A DNA stretch of 64,000 nucleotides, from positions 3,631-67,630 of the forward strand of contig JAUSEN010000005.1 in NCBI GenBank assembly GCA_030650025.1. The letters are read 5' to 3'. The notes below the pieces were generated by a model. The model made no database searches and was not told the origin of the DNA. It saw nothing but the letters and a program-made list of their open reading frames with translations. Positions within the stretch are counted from its first letter, which is position 1. Every line of letters begins with the position of its first letter. Of this stretch, positions 18,290-28,590 are shown in pieces. This DNA comes from Candidatus Magasanikiibacteriota bacterium (GTDB lineage: Bacteria; Patescibacteriota; Patescibacteriia; Magasanikbacterales; GWA2-37-8). The translations under genes and the position numbers were made by a program.

Positions 18290-19054
18290 TTAAAAATTAA
18301 TTACTGCCAACGTACCGGGGATAGTAGTCGGAGATTCAAAAATAGAGAGGCCGCCAGAATTTATTTCAGCCACAGCATTGCCGCTATAATAAGTTAAGCG
18401 CCAATTATTTTCTATAATTACTTTTTTTACAAATTTTAAACCGTTACCGCGTTGTTCGGGCGCGCGGCCGGATATTTTTTCTGTAAAAGCGACCTGTAGT
18501 GCTTGCATGTGGTCGGCTAGTGCTGGCCGCACGCGCTTAAGAGTGGCGAGCACGCCTTGGCCGCGATCGGCCATGATAATTATTTTGTTGACCTCATCAA
18601 GAATATAAATTAACCCGGGGAGCCCAAGCCACTGCCCAATATTATGGTCAAACGAATTGTTACCAATTTCACCGACTACCGCTGCCATCAAAAAACCTAT
18701 ATTTTCGTTGTTTAATATTTTTTTTATAACTCCCGCCAAACGATCACAACGCGCCTGAAAAACATCACGGGTTTGACAGTGCTCTCTGGAGCCAAAAAGA
18801 TTGTTGTCGCCAGAAATGGCCCAATTTATAGAATTTATGACTAGCGCAGAGTTATTTTTCATACTATTAGCATATTCATAATACCTGACCGAAGGCGGAT
18901 TGCCAACTTTATAGATAATTTTTTTCTCTTGTAAATTTTTAAGATGCCTAAATATCCCCGAGGCATTCTTGGCCAACTGGCTAATTATGTCGTGGGCACT
19001 GATGCCGCCCTGTTTCCTAATTAAATCCACTATTTTTTGCTCTGTTGTCAACAT
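18290..19054 (-). CDS. HTH plus histidine-kinase-like ATPase (anti-sigma-type) protein
   Basis: N-terminal HTH; EIGNNSFDH (N box), DRGQG (G1), RGNGL (G2). Confidence 0.8.
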   Translation of the reverse strand: MLTTEQKIVDLIRKQGGISAHDIISQLAKNASGIFRHLKNLQEKKIIYKVGNPPSVRYYEYANSMKNNSALVINSINWAISGDNNLFGSREHCQTRDVFQARCDRLAGVIKKILNNENIGFLMAAVVGEIGNNSFDHNIGQWLGLPGLIYILDEVNKIIIMADRGQGVLATLKRVRPALADHMQALQVAFTEKISGRAPEQRGNGLKFVKKVIIENNWRLTYYSGNAVAEINSGGLSIFESPTTIPGTLAVINF

Positions 19055-19176
19055 AATCTATAGTATATAGTTAATTATATACTATATACTATTAACTGTC
19101 AAGGCCTGTCTGCCGGTAGGCAAACAAAAACCCTGCTCATTTTGGGAGCAGGGCTGTGGTGAGAATTTTTGGCTCG

Positions 19177-20580
19177 TTATTGCACGGGCTGAATGTCTGG
19201 CTTGGCTCCGCTCCGGCGGGCTATAAAATATACGATGAGGACAAAAGCGACCACGGTTATTAAAGGAAGGAAACCATAACAATAGGTATTTAACATCTGG
19301 AAGGTGCTTATTTTGGTAAAGGAGAGTGAGCCCTCGACAGTTTCAACGTTAGCATCTAAGTTCGTGTCCTGCTCGGCCAGATTGTCCAGAGTTTTCTCCT
19401 TACTATTGATCTGCGTATTATAGCTATTTAATTTTTGTTGATAGCTGGAGTTTTCGGCGGCAATCTGATTTTTTAGCGAAGCGATTTGCCGACGTAATTC
19501 GGCTTTACGTGCGCTCATCGCTGTTTCATCTTCGGGCGTAATATAATCGATCGGTACAGCATTTTCTAATTCTCGTAGTTCTACTTCTTTGGCAGCCAAT
19601 TGCTTGTTGAGCAAAGCCAGCGTGGCGTTGTGCTTTTTAGTTAGTTCATTGCGTACCTTGGTAAGTTCCGCTAAGCTGGCAGTAGTTTTGTCGGTATTTT
19701 TTTCGATAACTTGTTTTTGGGGTAACAAGTTTTGCGAAGAAATATTTTCTTTAATAAATTTAGCACCAACAAAAGTTTTGATTTCTTCTCTAAACTCGGC
19801 AAACTTGTCTTTAGGGAGAGCAAAACTAATATAGCTATTCATATCCGAGATGTTGGCATTGTCCACGCGACCACCAAACCCCCGCACCGTAATGGCGGCG
19901 CGTTCGGCTAAATCACCCGGGTTCCGTGTCTTCAGGCTGGCATAGTAACTAGTTTTTAAATATTCACGGGTATCGCGAATGTCGTTTTGGCTAGAGTAGT
20001 CGGGGGGCATAGGGTAATACTCGGCGGACTCGTCTGATTTAAACATTCCGCCTACGGCACTAACCGCTCGAGCCATGGGGTTAGATACGCGGATGTCGGA
20101 AGCACCGAGGCCAGACTCTTGCGCCATCTGAAGATTCCCGCCACCCCCAGAGTAATTGCCAGGGCTACCCGCCCCGCCGCTAGTAGTGGCAGTCACCAGT
20201 TGGTTAACTACAAAAGACCCTACACTGTAAACTGCGACCACAACGATAAGCAGGCCGCCGCCTACTTTAATAAGAGTAAAAGGCGCGACTTGGCGAGCGA
20301 TCGCATTGCCGATTTTAGTAAAAATTGATTCTCGCTGTTGTGGATTGTTTTGGGTCATATTATTTTTAACAGATGAATTAGACTGGGATAGCTTGGGGAT
20401 TAATTTAGAAAAGCTCGCGCGCGCAGCGGCGTCTTCTTGGGCGTTAACAAAAATTTCGGAGGCTCGTAACAACTCTTTTGTAGGGGTCGCATATATGCGA
20501 CCCCTACAAGGCGTATCAAATAAAGCTTCGTCTAAAGCCTCGTCCAGTTCAATTTCTAATTTTTCTTCGTTGTAATCCAT
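19177..20580 (-). CDS. DUF4349-like membrane-anchored coiled-coil protein, possible anti-sigma partner
   Basis: Two TM segments, GGRVDN motif, coiled coil; starts 1 nt after the sigma gene. Confidence 0.65.
   Translation of the reverse strand: MDYNEEKLEIELDEALDEALFDTPCRGRIYATPTKELLRASEIFVNAQEDAAARASFSKLIPKLSQSNSSVKNNMTQNNPQQRESIFTKIGNAIARQVAPFTLIKVGGGLLIVVVAVYSVGSFVVNQLVTATTSGGAGSPGNYSGGGGNLQMAQESGLGASDIRVSNPMARAVSAVGGMFKSDESAEYYPMPPDYSSQNDIRDTREYLKTSYYASLKTRNPGDLAERAAITVRGFGGRVDNANISDMNSYISFALPKDKFAEFREEIKTFVGAKFIKENISSQNLLPQKQVIEKNTDKTTASLAELTKVRNELTKKHNATLALLNKQLAAKEVELRELENAVPIDYITPEDETAMSARKAELRRQIASLKNQIAAENSSYQQKLNSYNTQINSKEKTLDNLAEQDTNLDANVETVEGSLSFTKISTFQMLNTYCYGFLPLITVVAFVLIVYFIARRSGAKPDIQPVQ
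20478..20509. repeat. Perfect 32-nt GTAG-type palindrome inside coding sequence
   Basis: ttgtaggggtcgcata|tatgcgacccctacaa. Confidence 0.85.
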
Positions 20581-20581
20581 A

Positions 20582-21124
20582 TTATTTAATTTTCTCTCTA
20601 ATCTTCTTAAGCGCTCGGCACTGAATTTGGCGCACGGCCGCTTCGCTTTTATTTATTTTTAGCGCCACCTCGCGGCTACTAAAACCCTCAATGAGGCGCA
20701 GTGTTAAAATTTCGCGCTCTTCTGAATCTACTATTTGTAACAGCTGTTCGGCGGCAATTTGTGACAGTGTGGCTTCAGGAACATCATGGCTGTCAGGCGT
20801 ATCAAAATCCTCGGGCAGGTTTACCGGGGTACGGTTTTGTTTTTGCCAAAAATCGGCCAAACAATTTCTGGCGATCGTATATAAATAGTTGAGCGGGGAG
20901 CGGTTTTGATTAGAAAATTCGGTACGCGAGTTGTAAAGGCGGAGGAATACTTGTTGGGTAATGTCTTCAGAATCAGAGAGGTGTCGTAGCCGTTTTTGGC
21001 AATAGCGAAAAATAGGCAAATAAAAAGCGCTATAAACAGCGCCAAACGCCTGCTTATCACCGCTTTTGGCGGCTTGCAAAAGCTTAACTAAATCGGCGGC
21101 TGATTCTGGCATTGATTCACCCAT
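20582..21124 (-). CDS. ECF (sigma-70 group 4) sigma factor
   Basis: AKSGDKQAF, EDITQQVF, YLYTIARN region 2; region 4 HTH ending CRALKKIR. Confidence 0.9.
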   Translation of the reverse strand: MGESMPESAADLVKLLQAAKSGDKQAFGAVYSAFYLPIFRYCQKRLRHLSDSEDITQQVFLRLYNSRTEFSNQNRSPLNYLYTIARNCLADFWQKQNRTPVNLPEDFDTPDSHDVPEATLSQIAAEQLLQIVDSEEREILTLRLIEGFSSREVALKINKSEAAVRQIQCRALKKIREKIK

Positions 21125-21427
21125 ACTATTTAGAAGATCTTCAGTATCAATAACGTTTCGGGGCTGTCTTTTGTGACATGGGTCTAGCCTAGCATAGCTA
21201 AAGCGCGGCGTCCATTGTTTAAGATTAACTCATTCTAAAAACAGCAAAAACCGCCCGGTTAACAGGCGGTTCGGCGAGCGGTAGATGACTGTTTGCCGAT
21301 ATAGTGATAAAATACTAGTGAGTTTTAATTTTGCTGGGACGAGAAGAGGAGCCCTTGACAACCATTCTTAAAATTGATATTATTGATATTGATTTTAGTA
21401 CTTAAATTGATATTGATAATGTGATTT

Positions 21428-22669
21428 ATGCTCACTATTGAATTTTTAGAGCAAATAATCTTGGACCAAAAAGCGGCTTTTGAGGATAAAGGCACCGACG
21501 TGGAACGGGATATTGATTTTAAAAAATATCTTTCCGTGCCGCAAATTGTGGTTGTTTCCGGCGTCCGCCGCTGTGGCAAATCCACCCTGCTTAAACAATT
21601 TTCGCGCCGCGCCGCGCCGTATTATTATTTAAATTTTGAAGACGACCGTTTATTGAGCTTTACGGCCTCCGATTTTCAAAATTTACTTTTAGCCTTCAAA
21701 AAACAAAGGGCGGCTAAATTTGTTTATTTAGACGAGGTGCAAAATGTCATTGGTTGGGAAAGCTTCGCGCGCCGCTTGTTTGAAGCCGGGCACAAAGTAT
21801 TTATTACCGGCTCCAGCGCCAAACTATTGAGCGGCGAGCTGGCCAGCCGCCTGACCGGACGCTATCTAAAAATAGAGCTATTTCCATTTTCATTTAAAGA
21901 ATTTTTGCGCTGGCAGAGTGTCTCGACGACGGACAAGAGTTCGACCGGAGAAGCGCGTCTACTAAAACAATTTGACGAGTACGCGCGCCTGGGGGGCTTC
22001 CCGGAAATGCTAAAACTTCGTTTGCCGGAAATTGCCGTCCGTATTTATGAAGATGTGGTTTACCGCGATTTAATCGTGCGCTATAAAATTCGGGAAACGC
22101 GCGCTTTTCGCCAACTGGCCGGTTGGCTGTTTGCTAACATTGCCAAAGAAACAAACTATAATGCTTTGGCAAAAGCCCTGCAGGTAAAAAGCGTCGCGTC
22201 AATAAAAAATCATGTCGCCTTTATGGCCGAGTCATATTTGCTGTTTGAAATGGTTAAATATGATTGGTCGCTCAAGAGGCAATACATATCGGGACGAAAA
22301 TTTTATGCGATTGACGCGGGTTTGCGCGGTGAAGTGGCTTTTGTTGTTTCGGAAGATCGAGGTAGAATTTTGGAAAATATCGTATACCTGGAATTGCGCC
22401 GGCGGGGAAAGGCGCCTTATTACGCCAAAGACAAGGCGGAATGCGATTTTGTGACCGTTGAAAAAAATAAAATTACCGCCGCTATTCAGGTGGCCGATTT
22501 GTTTGATGACGGAAATCGCGAACGTGAACTGGCGGGTTTAATTGAGGCTTTGTCTTTGGGAAAATTGAAACAAGGGTTAATTTTAACTCGCAGTCAGAGC
22601 GACAATTTAATTATTAAAGGATTTAAAATTAAAGTGACCCCACTCTGGCAGTGGCTAATTGAGGAGTAA
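21428..22669 (+). CDS. AAA+ ATPase (AAA_14 plus DUF4143)
   Basis: GVRRCGKS Walker A, LDEVQ, TGSS, GGFPE, KFYAIDAG, ECDF. Confidence 0.9.
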   Translation: MLTIEFLEQIILDQKAAFEDKGTDVERDIDFKKYLSVPQIVVVSGVRRCGKSTLLKQFSRRAAPYYYLNFEDDRLLSFTASDFQNLLLAFKKQRAAKFVYLDEVQNVIGWESFARRLFEAGHKVFITGSSAKLLSGELASRLTGRYLKIELFPFSFKEFLRWQSVSTTDKSSTGEARLLKQFDEYARLGGFPEMLKLRLPEIAVRIYEDVVYRDLIVRYKIRETRAFRQLAGWLFANIAKETNYNALAKALQVKSVASIKNHVAFMAESYLLFEMVKYDWSLKRQYISGRKFYAIDAGLRGEVAFVVSEDRGRILENIVYLELRRRGKAPYYAKDKAECDFVTVEKNKITAAIQVADLFDDGNRERELAGLIEALSLGKLKQGLILTRSQSDNLIIKGFKIKVTPLWQWLIEE

Positions 22670-22677
22670 AAAAATTT

Positions 22678-23766
22678 ATGCCAACCATACTAACAATTAT
22701 TACAGCCGTTTTTCTGCTGGCCGGACTGGCGACTTGGTGGTTGATTTATAACAAGTTGCGGACGGGACAAAAACCCAAAGCCGAAGAGGAAAATCTATTT
22801 TTAATGATGCAACAGCAGATGCAGGATTTGGCGAGGTTGGTGGACCAAAAAATTGGTGACACGCATAAGCAAATGCAGAATACGGAAAAAGAATTAAACA
22901 AAACGATTCAACAGCAGTTTGGGCAAAGTATGAAAATTGTGACGGACGTGACGGAGCGTTTAACCAAGCTCGATGAAACTAATCGACAGGTGGTGGGGTT
23001 TGCCGAACAACTGGAGAGTTTGCAACAGACTCTGCAGAACCCTAAACAACGCGGCATTCTTGGCGAGTATTATCTAGAAAATGTGCTGAAGAATGTCTTG
23101 CCGCCCAATGGCTACGAGATGCAATACAAATTTAGCGATGGCGATATTGTGGACGCGGCCGTGTTTGTAAAAGACAAAATTATTCCCGTGGATTCTAAAT
23201 TTAGTTTAGAAAATTATAACCGCGCGATTGAGGAACGAGATTTAAATAAGAGAGAAGAACTGGAAAATTTATTTAAACAAGATTTAAAAAAACGCATTGA
23301 CGAAACCAGCAAGTATATTAAACCCAAAGAAGGGACGATGGATTTTGCTTTTATGTTTATTCCGTCCGAAGGGATTTACTACGACCTCCTGATTAATAAA
23401 GTAGGGGCGATGAAGACAAACACGAACGATTTAATTGATTATGCGTTTAAAGAGAAGCACGTAATTATTGTGTCGCCCACATCGTTTCTCGCTTACCTCC
23501 AAACTGTCATGCAGGGTTTGCGCGCGTTGCGTATAGAAGAAACTGCCAAAGAAATTCGGGGGCGAGTGGAAGAATTGGGGAAACACATCGTGGCCTACGA
23601 AACCTACATGACTAAACTCGGGAATAATTTGGGCACGACCGTAAATTCTTTTAATACTGCTTATAAAGAGCTGAATAAAATTGATAAAGACGTAGTGCGC
23701 ATAACCGATGGGGAACGGAAAATTGAAGTTTTGACGATTGAAAAGCCGAACGTGGAAATTGAATAA
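22678..23766 (+). CDS. rmuC: DNA recombination protein RmuC
   Basis: N-terminal TM, coiled coil, RGILGE, PVDSKF, FMFIPSE, SPTS. Confidence 0.9.
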   Translation: MPTILTIITAVFLLAGLATWWLIYNKLRTGQKPKAEEENLFLMMQQQMQDLARLVDQKIGDTHKQMQNTEKELNKTIQQQFGQSMKIVTDVTERLTKLDETNRQVVGFAEQLESLQQTLQNPKQRGILGEYYLENVLKNVLPPNGYEMQYKFSDGDIVDAAVFVKDKIIPVDSKFSLENYNRAIEERDLNKREELENLFKQDLKKRIDETSKYIKPKEGTMDFAFMFIPSEGIYYDLLINKVGAMKTNTNDLIDYAFKEKHVIIVSPTSFLAYLQTVMQGLRALRIEETAKEIRGRVEELGKHIVAYETYMTKLGNNLGTTVNSFNTAYKELNKIDKDVVRITDGERKIEVLTIEKPNVEIE

Positions 23767-23897
23767 TGCTTGACTTTACGGCGAAACTAACATATACTCG
23801 ATAAACAATTTTCAATCGGCTCTCAAATTGTTAATTGTTACTTGTCCCGCCACAGCGGGATCCCGCCTCGCGGCGGTGATTAATTGAATAAATTTTT

Positions 23898-24155
23898 ATG
23901 CCCAACAAAGCTGCGGGGCGAAAAGCCTTGCGCCAAACCAAAAAACACTTTGCGTGGAACACCGCTCGCAAAGAGGCTTTTAAAACCGCTATCAAAAAGG
24001 CGTTAAAAGCCGCCAGCGGAGACGAAGCCAAAAAACTGGTCGTGGTCGCCCAAAAGGCGCTCGACAAAGCCGCCAAACGCGGCGTCATAAAAAAGAACGC
24101 GGCGGCCCGCAAAATCTCACGCCTTATGAAGAAAGTGGCAGCCCTCAAAAAATAG
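23898..24155 (+). CDS. rpsT: 30S ribosomal protein S20
   Basis: LDKAAKRGVIKKNAAARKISRL. Confidence 0.95.
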   Translation: MPNKAAGRKALRQTKKHFAWNTARKEAFKTAIKKALKAASGDEAKKLVVVAQKALDKAAKRGVIKKNAAARKISRLMKKVAALKK

Positions 24156-24171
24156 GCAAAATAAAAGATTT

Positions 24172-24201
24172 AAAAACCCTCTCCGCGGAGAGGGTTTTTA
24201 A
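24172..24201. terminator. Bidirectional terminator between rpsT and holA
   Basis: aaaaaccctctc-cgcg-gagagggttttt. Confidence 0.8.
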
Positions 24202-24239
24202 ATTAAGTCTCTTAAGTTAAGCGCCTTAACTAAAGCAGG

Positions 24240-25247
24240 TTAAATGGCGGCCACAAAAAAATCGAGTAGCAACTCGCGCGGAGCCAGGCTAGTTTTGATT
24301 TGCTGTTCTAGCTCTAAAAATTTGCGATACGTTTTTTGCAGTTGAGCGAGGGGGGCGCGGCGCGCCAGCCCCAAATTTTTTTTAACAACAAAAGGGTGCA
24401 AGCCGAGCTCCCGAGCGATGGCGTCGCTCGTGGCCGCGCTGTCGCCTTCTAAAAAATCCGCTATTTGCAATAAAATTCTATATTGCCAAATAACGAGGCC
24501 GACTATCCTCCCATCTTCTTCGCCCAAACCGCGCTGATGCGCCAAAAGCTGGAGCGCTTTTTTATGGTCGCCCTGTGCTACGGCATCAACCAGAGAAAAA
24601 ATATTATCATCTAACTTGGCTTTAACAAACAAGCCAACGGCTTCCGGAGTCACTGGTTCGGCGCCACAAAAAGCCAGCAAAATATCTATTAAATTGCTGG
24701 CCTCCCAGGTGTCCGAAACGCTGGCGCCAATTTTAGCCGCGGCTTCGGGAGTAATACTGCCGCCGCGCGCAGCGCCCTCGGACTTGACCCAGGCATTAAG
24801 ACTGGCGCCAGCGAGAGGCGCGAATTCGCGCGCGTATTTTTCTTTTTTTAATAACGCTTCTAGCTCTTTAGCTTCTTTAATTTTGGAGAGCGGCTCCCCC
24901 TGCCAGAAAACCACCACCGGGCTGTCGCCAAAAACCTGTTTTTTTATTTTTTCTATCATGACGGCAAGCAATTCTTTGTCTTTACTCGCTAAAATATTTT
25001 CTATTACCACCATTCTTTTTTCGGCTAAAAAGGGCGTGGCCGATAACTCACCCAGAATTTTACCTAGATCATCTCCGCCCGAGGCCTGCCTCGACCTAGT
25101 CTCATCAAGGCGGACGGATCCACCTGTGACGGGTAAAATAACCACGTTGTACCCGGCTGGGTCGCGCGTAGTTTTAAATTGCTTAATAGAGTGGCGCAGA
25201 TACTCCCGAGAACGGTAGGTATCCTCGCCGTAAATATATATAATCAT
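24240..25247 (-). CDS. holA: DNA polymerase III delta subunit (with palindromic insertion)
   Basis: IYIYGEDTY, PFLAEKRMVVI, NIFSLVDA, LHPFVVKK; next to rpsT. Confidence 0.9.
   Translation of the reverse strand: MIIYIYGEDTYRSREYLRHSIKQFKTTRDPAGYNVVILPVTGGSVRLDETRSRQASGGDDLGKILGELSATPFLAEKRMVVIENILASKDKELLAVMIEKIKKQVFGDSPVVVFWQGEPLSKIKEAKELEALLKKEKYAREFAPLAGASLNAWVKSEGAARGGSITPEAAAKIGASVSDTWEASNLIDILLAFCGAEPVTPEAVGLFVKAKLDDNIFSLVDAVAQGDHKKALQLLAHQRGLGEEDGRIVGLVIWQYRILLQIADFLEGDSAATSDAIARELGLHPFVVKKNLGLARRAPLAQLQKTYRKFLELEQQIKTSLAPRELLLDFFVAAI
25074..25133. repeat. Nested palindromic insertion (~60 nt) in holA
   Basis: tccgcccgagg[cctgcctcgacctagtctcatcaaggcgga]cggatccacctgtgacggg, encoding PVTGGSVRLDETRSRQASGG. 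Confidence 0.65.
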
Positions 25248-25351
25248 AAAAATGGGCTTGATACGGTTCATCTTACCGCTTTGGAAGCTCTTTGGCAATA
25301 AAAATGGCGCGATAGAGGGTAGTATGATATAATCGGGTTGTTAATTTTTTT

Positions 25352-26605
25352 ATGAAATCAATCCACACGGACATTCTAATACTAGGAGCCGGGATCGGCG
25401 GCTACCAGGCTTTTCGAAAATTATCACGAGGACTTAAAAAATACGGGATCAAAAAAACAATTACTATAATTGATAAAAATAATTATTTTACTTTTTATCC
25501 GCTCCTGCACGAAGTAGCGACCGGGGTGGTGGAGCCAGAGCATTGCACGGTGGCCTTGCGCGAGTTAGTGGCGGGGGGGCCGCACGCCTTTGTGAAGGCG
25601 GTAGTAAAACACATTGATGTAGAAAGAAAACTGGTATATTTGGACTGCGACCAAATTGAATGCGATGCTATTAGCTATGACTATTGCATCAGTTCTCTCG
25701 GCACAGGCGTTAACTTTTTTAACACGCCCGGCGCGGCCGAGTACGCTCACCACATTAAAACCCTGGAACACGCCATTACTTTTCGCCAAGCGCTGATTAA
25801 TCGTTTTGATACCGTGGATAAGCATATCACGGTAGCCGTGGTGGGAGGCGGCATGACGGGAATTGAAATTGGCAGCCATATTGCCCATTTTTTAAACTTT
25901 GATTTAAAAAAACTTTATCCGGAAAAAACTTCATCTATAAAAATAATTGAAAAAAACAAAGAGTTGGTGGAGTTTTTGCCGCCCAAAGCCCGCCGCCTGA
26001 TTGCGCGGCGCCTCCATAAACTGGGCGTTGAGGTAATACTAAATACCGGCGTGCGCGAAATAAAACCAGATAGTGTGATTTTGAGCGATGGCCGCGAAAT
26101 GGAAAGTGATTTAACCATGTGGTCGATTGGCGTGTTGAACGCGGCGGACAAAATTTTGCCGGCGGATTGGTGCGAACGCGGCTGTATACCGGTTAATGAA
26201 TTTTTGCAGACCAAAAAAAATAAATTTTTTTACGCCATCGGCGATATGATGCTGTGGGTAAACCCTAAAACTGGCAAACCCATTCCGCAAATGGGCGAAG
26301 CCGCGCACCGCGAGGCCGACTACGCGGCCAAACACCTGGTTAACACTCTCCGCGAAAAAATGACTAAGCCTTTTAGTTTTGAATCGCTTGGCACCATGAT
26401 GCCAATTGGAGAAAATTATGGGCTGTTTGTGAAAAATAATTTTGTGGTGGGCGGTTTTTTGGCCTGGTGGCTGCGCCGCACAGTGTACGTATTCTTTATG
26501 CCGGGCATGATCCGCAAAATCAAAATCATTGTGGATTGGACATTGCGCCTGTTTGGTTTTGCTGATATAGTAAGTATGAAGATTTACACGCCTACTAAAA
26601 AATAA
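25352..26605 (+). CDS. ndh: Type II NADH:quinone oxidoreductase-like flavoprotein
   Basis: ILGAGIGG, FYPLLHEVATG, VVGGGMTGIE, YAIGD. Confidence 0.8.
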   Translation: MKSIHTDILILGAGIGGYQAFRKLSRGLKKYGIKKTITIIDKNNYFTFYPLLHEVATGVVEPEHCTVALRELVAGGPHAFVKAVVKHIDVERKLVYLDCDQIECDAISYDYCISSLGTGVNFFNTPGAAEYAHHIKTLEHAITFRQALINRFDTVDKHITVAVVGGGMTGIEIGSHIAHFLNFDLKKLYPEKTSSIKIIEKNKELVEFLPPKARRLIARRLHKLGVEVILNTGVREIKPDSVILSDGREMESDLTMWSIGVLNAADKILPADWCERGCIPVNEFLQTKKNKFFYAIGDMMLWVNPKTGKPIPQMGEAAHREADYAAKHLVNTLREKMTKPFSFESLGTMMPIGENYGLFVKNNFVVGGFLAWWLRRTVYVFFMPGMIRKIKIIVDWTLRLFGFADIVSMKIYTPTKK

Positions 26606-26615
26606 ACACTGACTT

Positions 26616-26661
26616 CCTCCTCCTCGGCTTTCCGCTGGGCGCGGAAAATCCTCGGAGTCGG
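26616..26661. repeat. 46-nt dispersed structured element; second copy at 36435-36480
   Basis: cctcctcctcggctttccgctgggcgcggaaaatcctcggagtcgg vs cctccccttcggtcttctgctgggcgcagaaaatccttggggtcgg. Confidence 0.8.
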
Positions 26662-26728
26662 AATAACCGGTATAGATAAAATTTTATTAATTTACACCTC
26701 GCCTAAAAACGGGACTAACAACTGTAAT

Positions 26729-27259
26729 ATGTGTAAAATAGACGGCAAAATGGGGTGCCATGGGTACATGAAACACTGGGGGCTCCTTGGCCTCCGGCTC
26801 GCGGTTGGTTTTATTATCGCCTACATGGGCTACAGCAAACTGTGGATACGCCCCGAGGCCACTGCCACCATGATGGCTACTATTGGCATTGGGAGCGGGG
26901 TATTTTGGGCCTACTTGGTAGGCATTTTAGAGTTTGTGGGCGGACTCATGATTATGACCGGGGTTTACGCCCCAATCGCGGCTACTTGGCAAAGCCTAAT
27001 TTTGCTGGTAGCAATATTCACCGTGCACCGGGGCAACCCCGTAACCGGATATTTTTTGCCACTCGCAGTTTTGGGTGGTTGTTTAGCATTGATGGGCACA
27101 GGCGCGGGCAAATATCGCTTGCTTAAAATGCAGTGTTGTTGCAAGTCCTGTCGCGCCGGTTGCATGATGTGTGGGACGGGTGGCGAGGGTGGTGGCTGTG
27201 GCGGGAATTGCGGTTGCGATCATGACAAACCAACCGGAAGCATGCCTCAATCCAAGTAA
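26729..27259 (+). CDS. DoxX-family membrane protein with Cys-rich tail
   Basis: LRLAVG...GYSKL, LEFVGG, GAGKY; 9 Cys in the C-terminal tail. Confidence 0.85.
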   Translation: MCKIDGKMGCHGYMKHWGLLGLRLAVGFIIAYMGYSKLWIRPEATATMMATIGIGSGVFWAYLVGILEFVGGLMIMTGVYAPIAATWQSLILLVAIFTVHRGNPVTGYFLPLAVLGGCLALMGTGAGKYRLLKMQCCCKSCRAGCMMCGTGGEGGGCGGNCGCDHDKPTGSMPQSK

Positions 27260-27342
27260 ATATCAAATAAATAATAAAAATTTTAAAACACCCTCTGCTT
27301 AGCAGAGGGTGTTTTGTTTTATTTGACTTAATTTTTAGATTT

Positions 27343-27579
27343 TTATTTATGGTCAATCCTTTTAATTTCTGATTCTGCTAAAAAATTCTGAAACCAAGTG
27401 AGCAAGAGTTGGGGTTCTCCTCCCCCCACAGCGTATGAAGTCATATAGACAAGAATTTCAGTTACATGGTCTTGTGGATTATCCAAAAAATCACTAACAA
27501 AGGGGGGTTCATTTTTAAGTACCGCCCTGGAACGCGCCACAAAATCTGCTAAATTTAGAACTGGTCTAATTGGACTCAT
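27343..27579 (-). CDS. Hypothetical protein
   Basis: 78-aa ORF filling a gap and ending near a shared terminator. Confidence 0.45.
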   Translation of the reverse strand: MSPIRPVLNLADFVARSRAVLKNEPPFVSDFLDNPQDHVTEILVYMTSYAVGGGEPQLLLTWFQNFLAESEIKRIDHK

Positions 27580-27666
27580 AAAATACTAATTATTATGAAA
27601 ACTGGCTATAAGGCAAGTTCGATTAAGTATAATATAGAAAATAAAAAATGACAACATCGCCCTTCA

Positions 27667-28413
27667 CTATTCCGGCAGTGACCGCCACATAATTTCAAAC
27701 AGCTCGCGGTGCAAGCGCACCACGCTGGGGTTTTCTATCACAATAGCCATAATGGGCGTCTCCAGCTGATGGATAACCACCCGCTTGGGGATAATGACCA
27801 GGTTAGTATTAAGCGAGGTGCCGGGCGGCAGTAGTTTAATTTTCTTATTAAATGTTTGCTCCAGCCGTTTATGTTCGCGCGCTAGGGCCGAATCCTGCAC
27901 CAGGAGGCGGATTTTAATGGGGAGTTTAGCGCGGCGTTTGGTGAAGTCTAAAAAAAATTCTTTATCCAAATTTAGCCATTGTTCTCGGTGCGAGATGATT
28001 AAATAATCTTCTTTGGGACGCACATCTTTAATCAACCCCTCATAAACCGATTTTATGCCCGCCAGGCCCTCATAATATTTAATCGTACTCTCGCCGCCCT
28101 TGAGATTGTAGAGCGCCGAAAATTCTGGCAGAGCATTGGCTAAAAGTTGGCGACGATTGTCCAATATCGTTTGGAGCTGCTCCGGATCAGCTGCCGCGAA
28201 AAGCTGCTTGAATCCTTTAATTTGAACCACTACTAAACCCTTAATTTTTAGCGCTTCCACCACCGAATACACGGTGGTCCGTTTAATTTCCGCGGCCGCG
28301 GCAATTTTAAGCACCGTAGCTGGCCCTATTGCCAGCATCGCCAAATACACGGCCGACTCATGTTCGGTCAGGCCGAGAGTGGTTAAAATTGATAATAAAC
28401 GCCTTTTTTGCAT
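27667..28413 (-). CDS. TrmB-family transcriptional regulator (copy 3)
   Basis: LGLTEHESAVYLAML, KRTTVY, IKYYEG, LFEIMW. Confidence 0.88.
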   Translation of the reverse strand: MQKRRLLSILTTLGLTEHESAVYLAMLAIGPATVLKIAAAAEIKRTTVYSVVEALKIKGLVVVQIKGFKQLFAAADPEQLQTILDNRRQLLANALPEFSALYNLKGGESTIKYYEGLAGIKSVYEGLIKDVRPKEDYLIISHREQWLNLDKEFFLDFTKRRAKLPIKIRLLVQDSALAREHKRLEQTFNKKIKLLPPGTSLNTNLVIIPKRVVIHQLETPIMAIVIENPSVVRLHRELFEIMWRSLPE

Positions 28414-28443
28414 ATTTTGTCGGTTGAACCGTCAACATAATAT

Positions 28444-28523
28444 ATTCTATATTAAAGCAAAAATTCTGTCAATATCACAACTATGACGACAGAATTGACA
28501 TAAATGCTAATTTATACTATAAT
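28444..28523. promoter_or_regulatory. Back-to-back divergent sigma70 promoters with operator-like inverted repeat
   Basis: Plus strand TTGACA(28495)-17-TATAAT(28518); minus strand TTGACA(28472)-17-TAGAAT; aattctgtc...gacagaatt overlaps both -35 boxes. Confidence 0.8.
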
Positions 28524-28590
28524 GTCCAGTCAAGCTAGAAACTTGACCCGCCCGATTTTCGGGGGGTGGCTCTTTTTAAAGGAGGTACGC

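Noticed and set aside
21370-21425. Repeated attgatatt motifs upstream of the AAA ATPase
   Set aside because: Possibly an operator, but too AT-rich and low-complexity to support.
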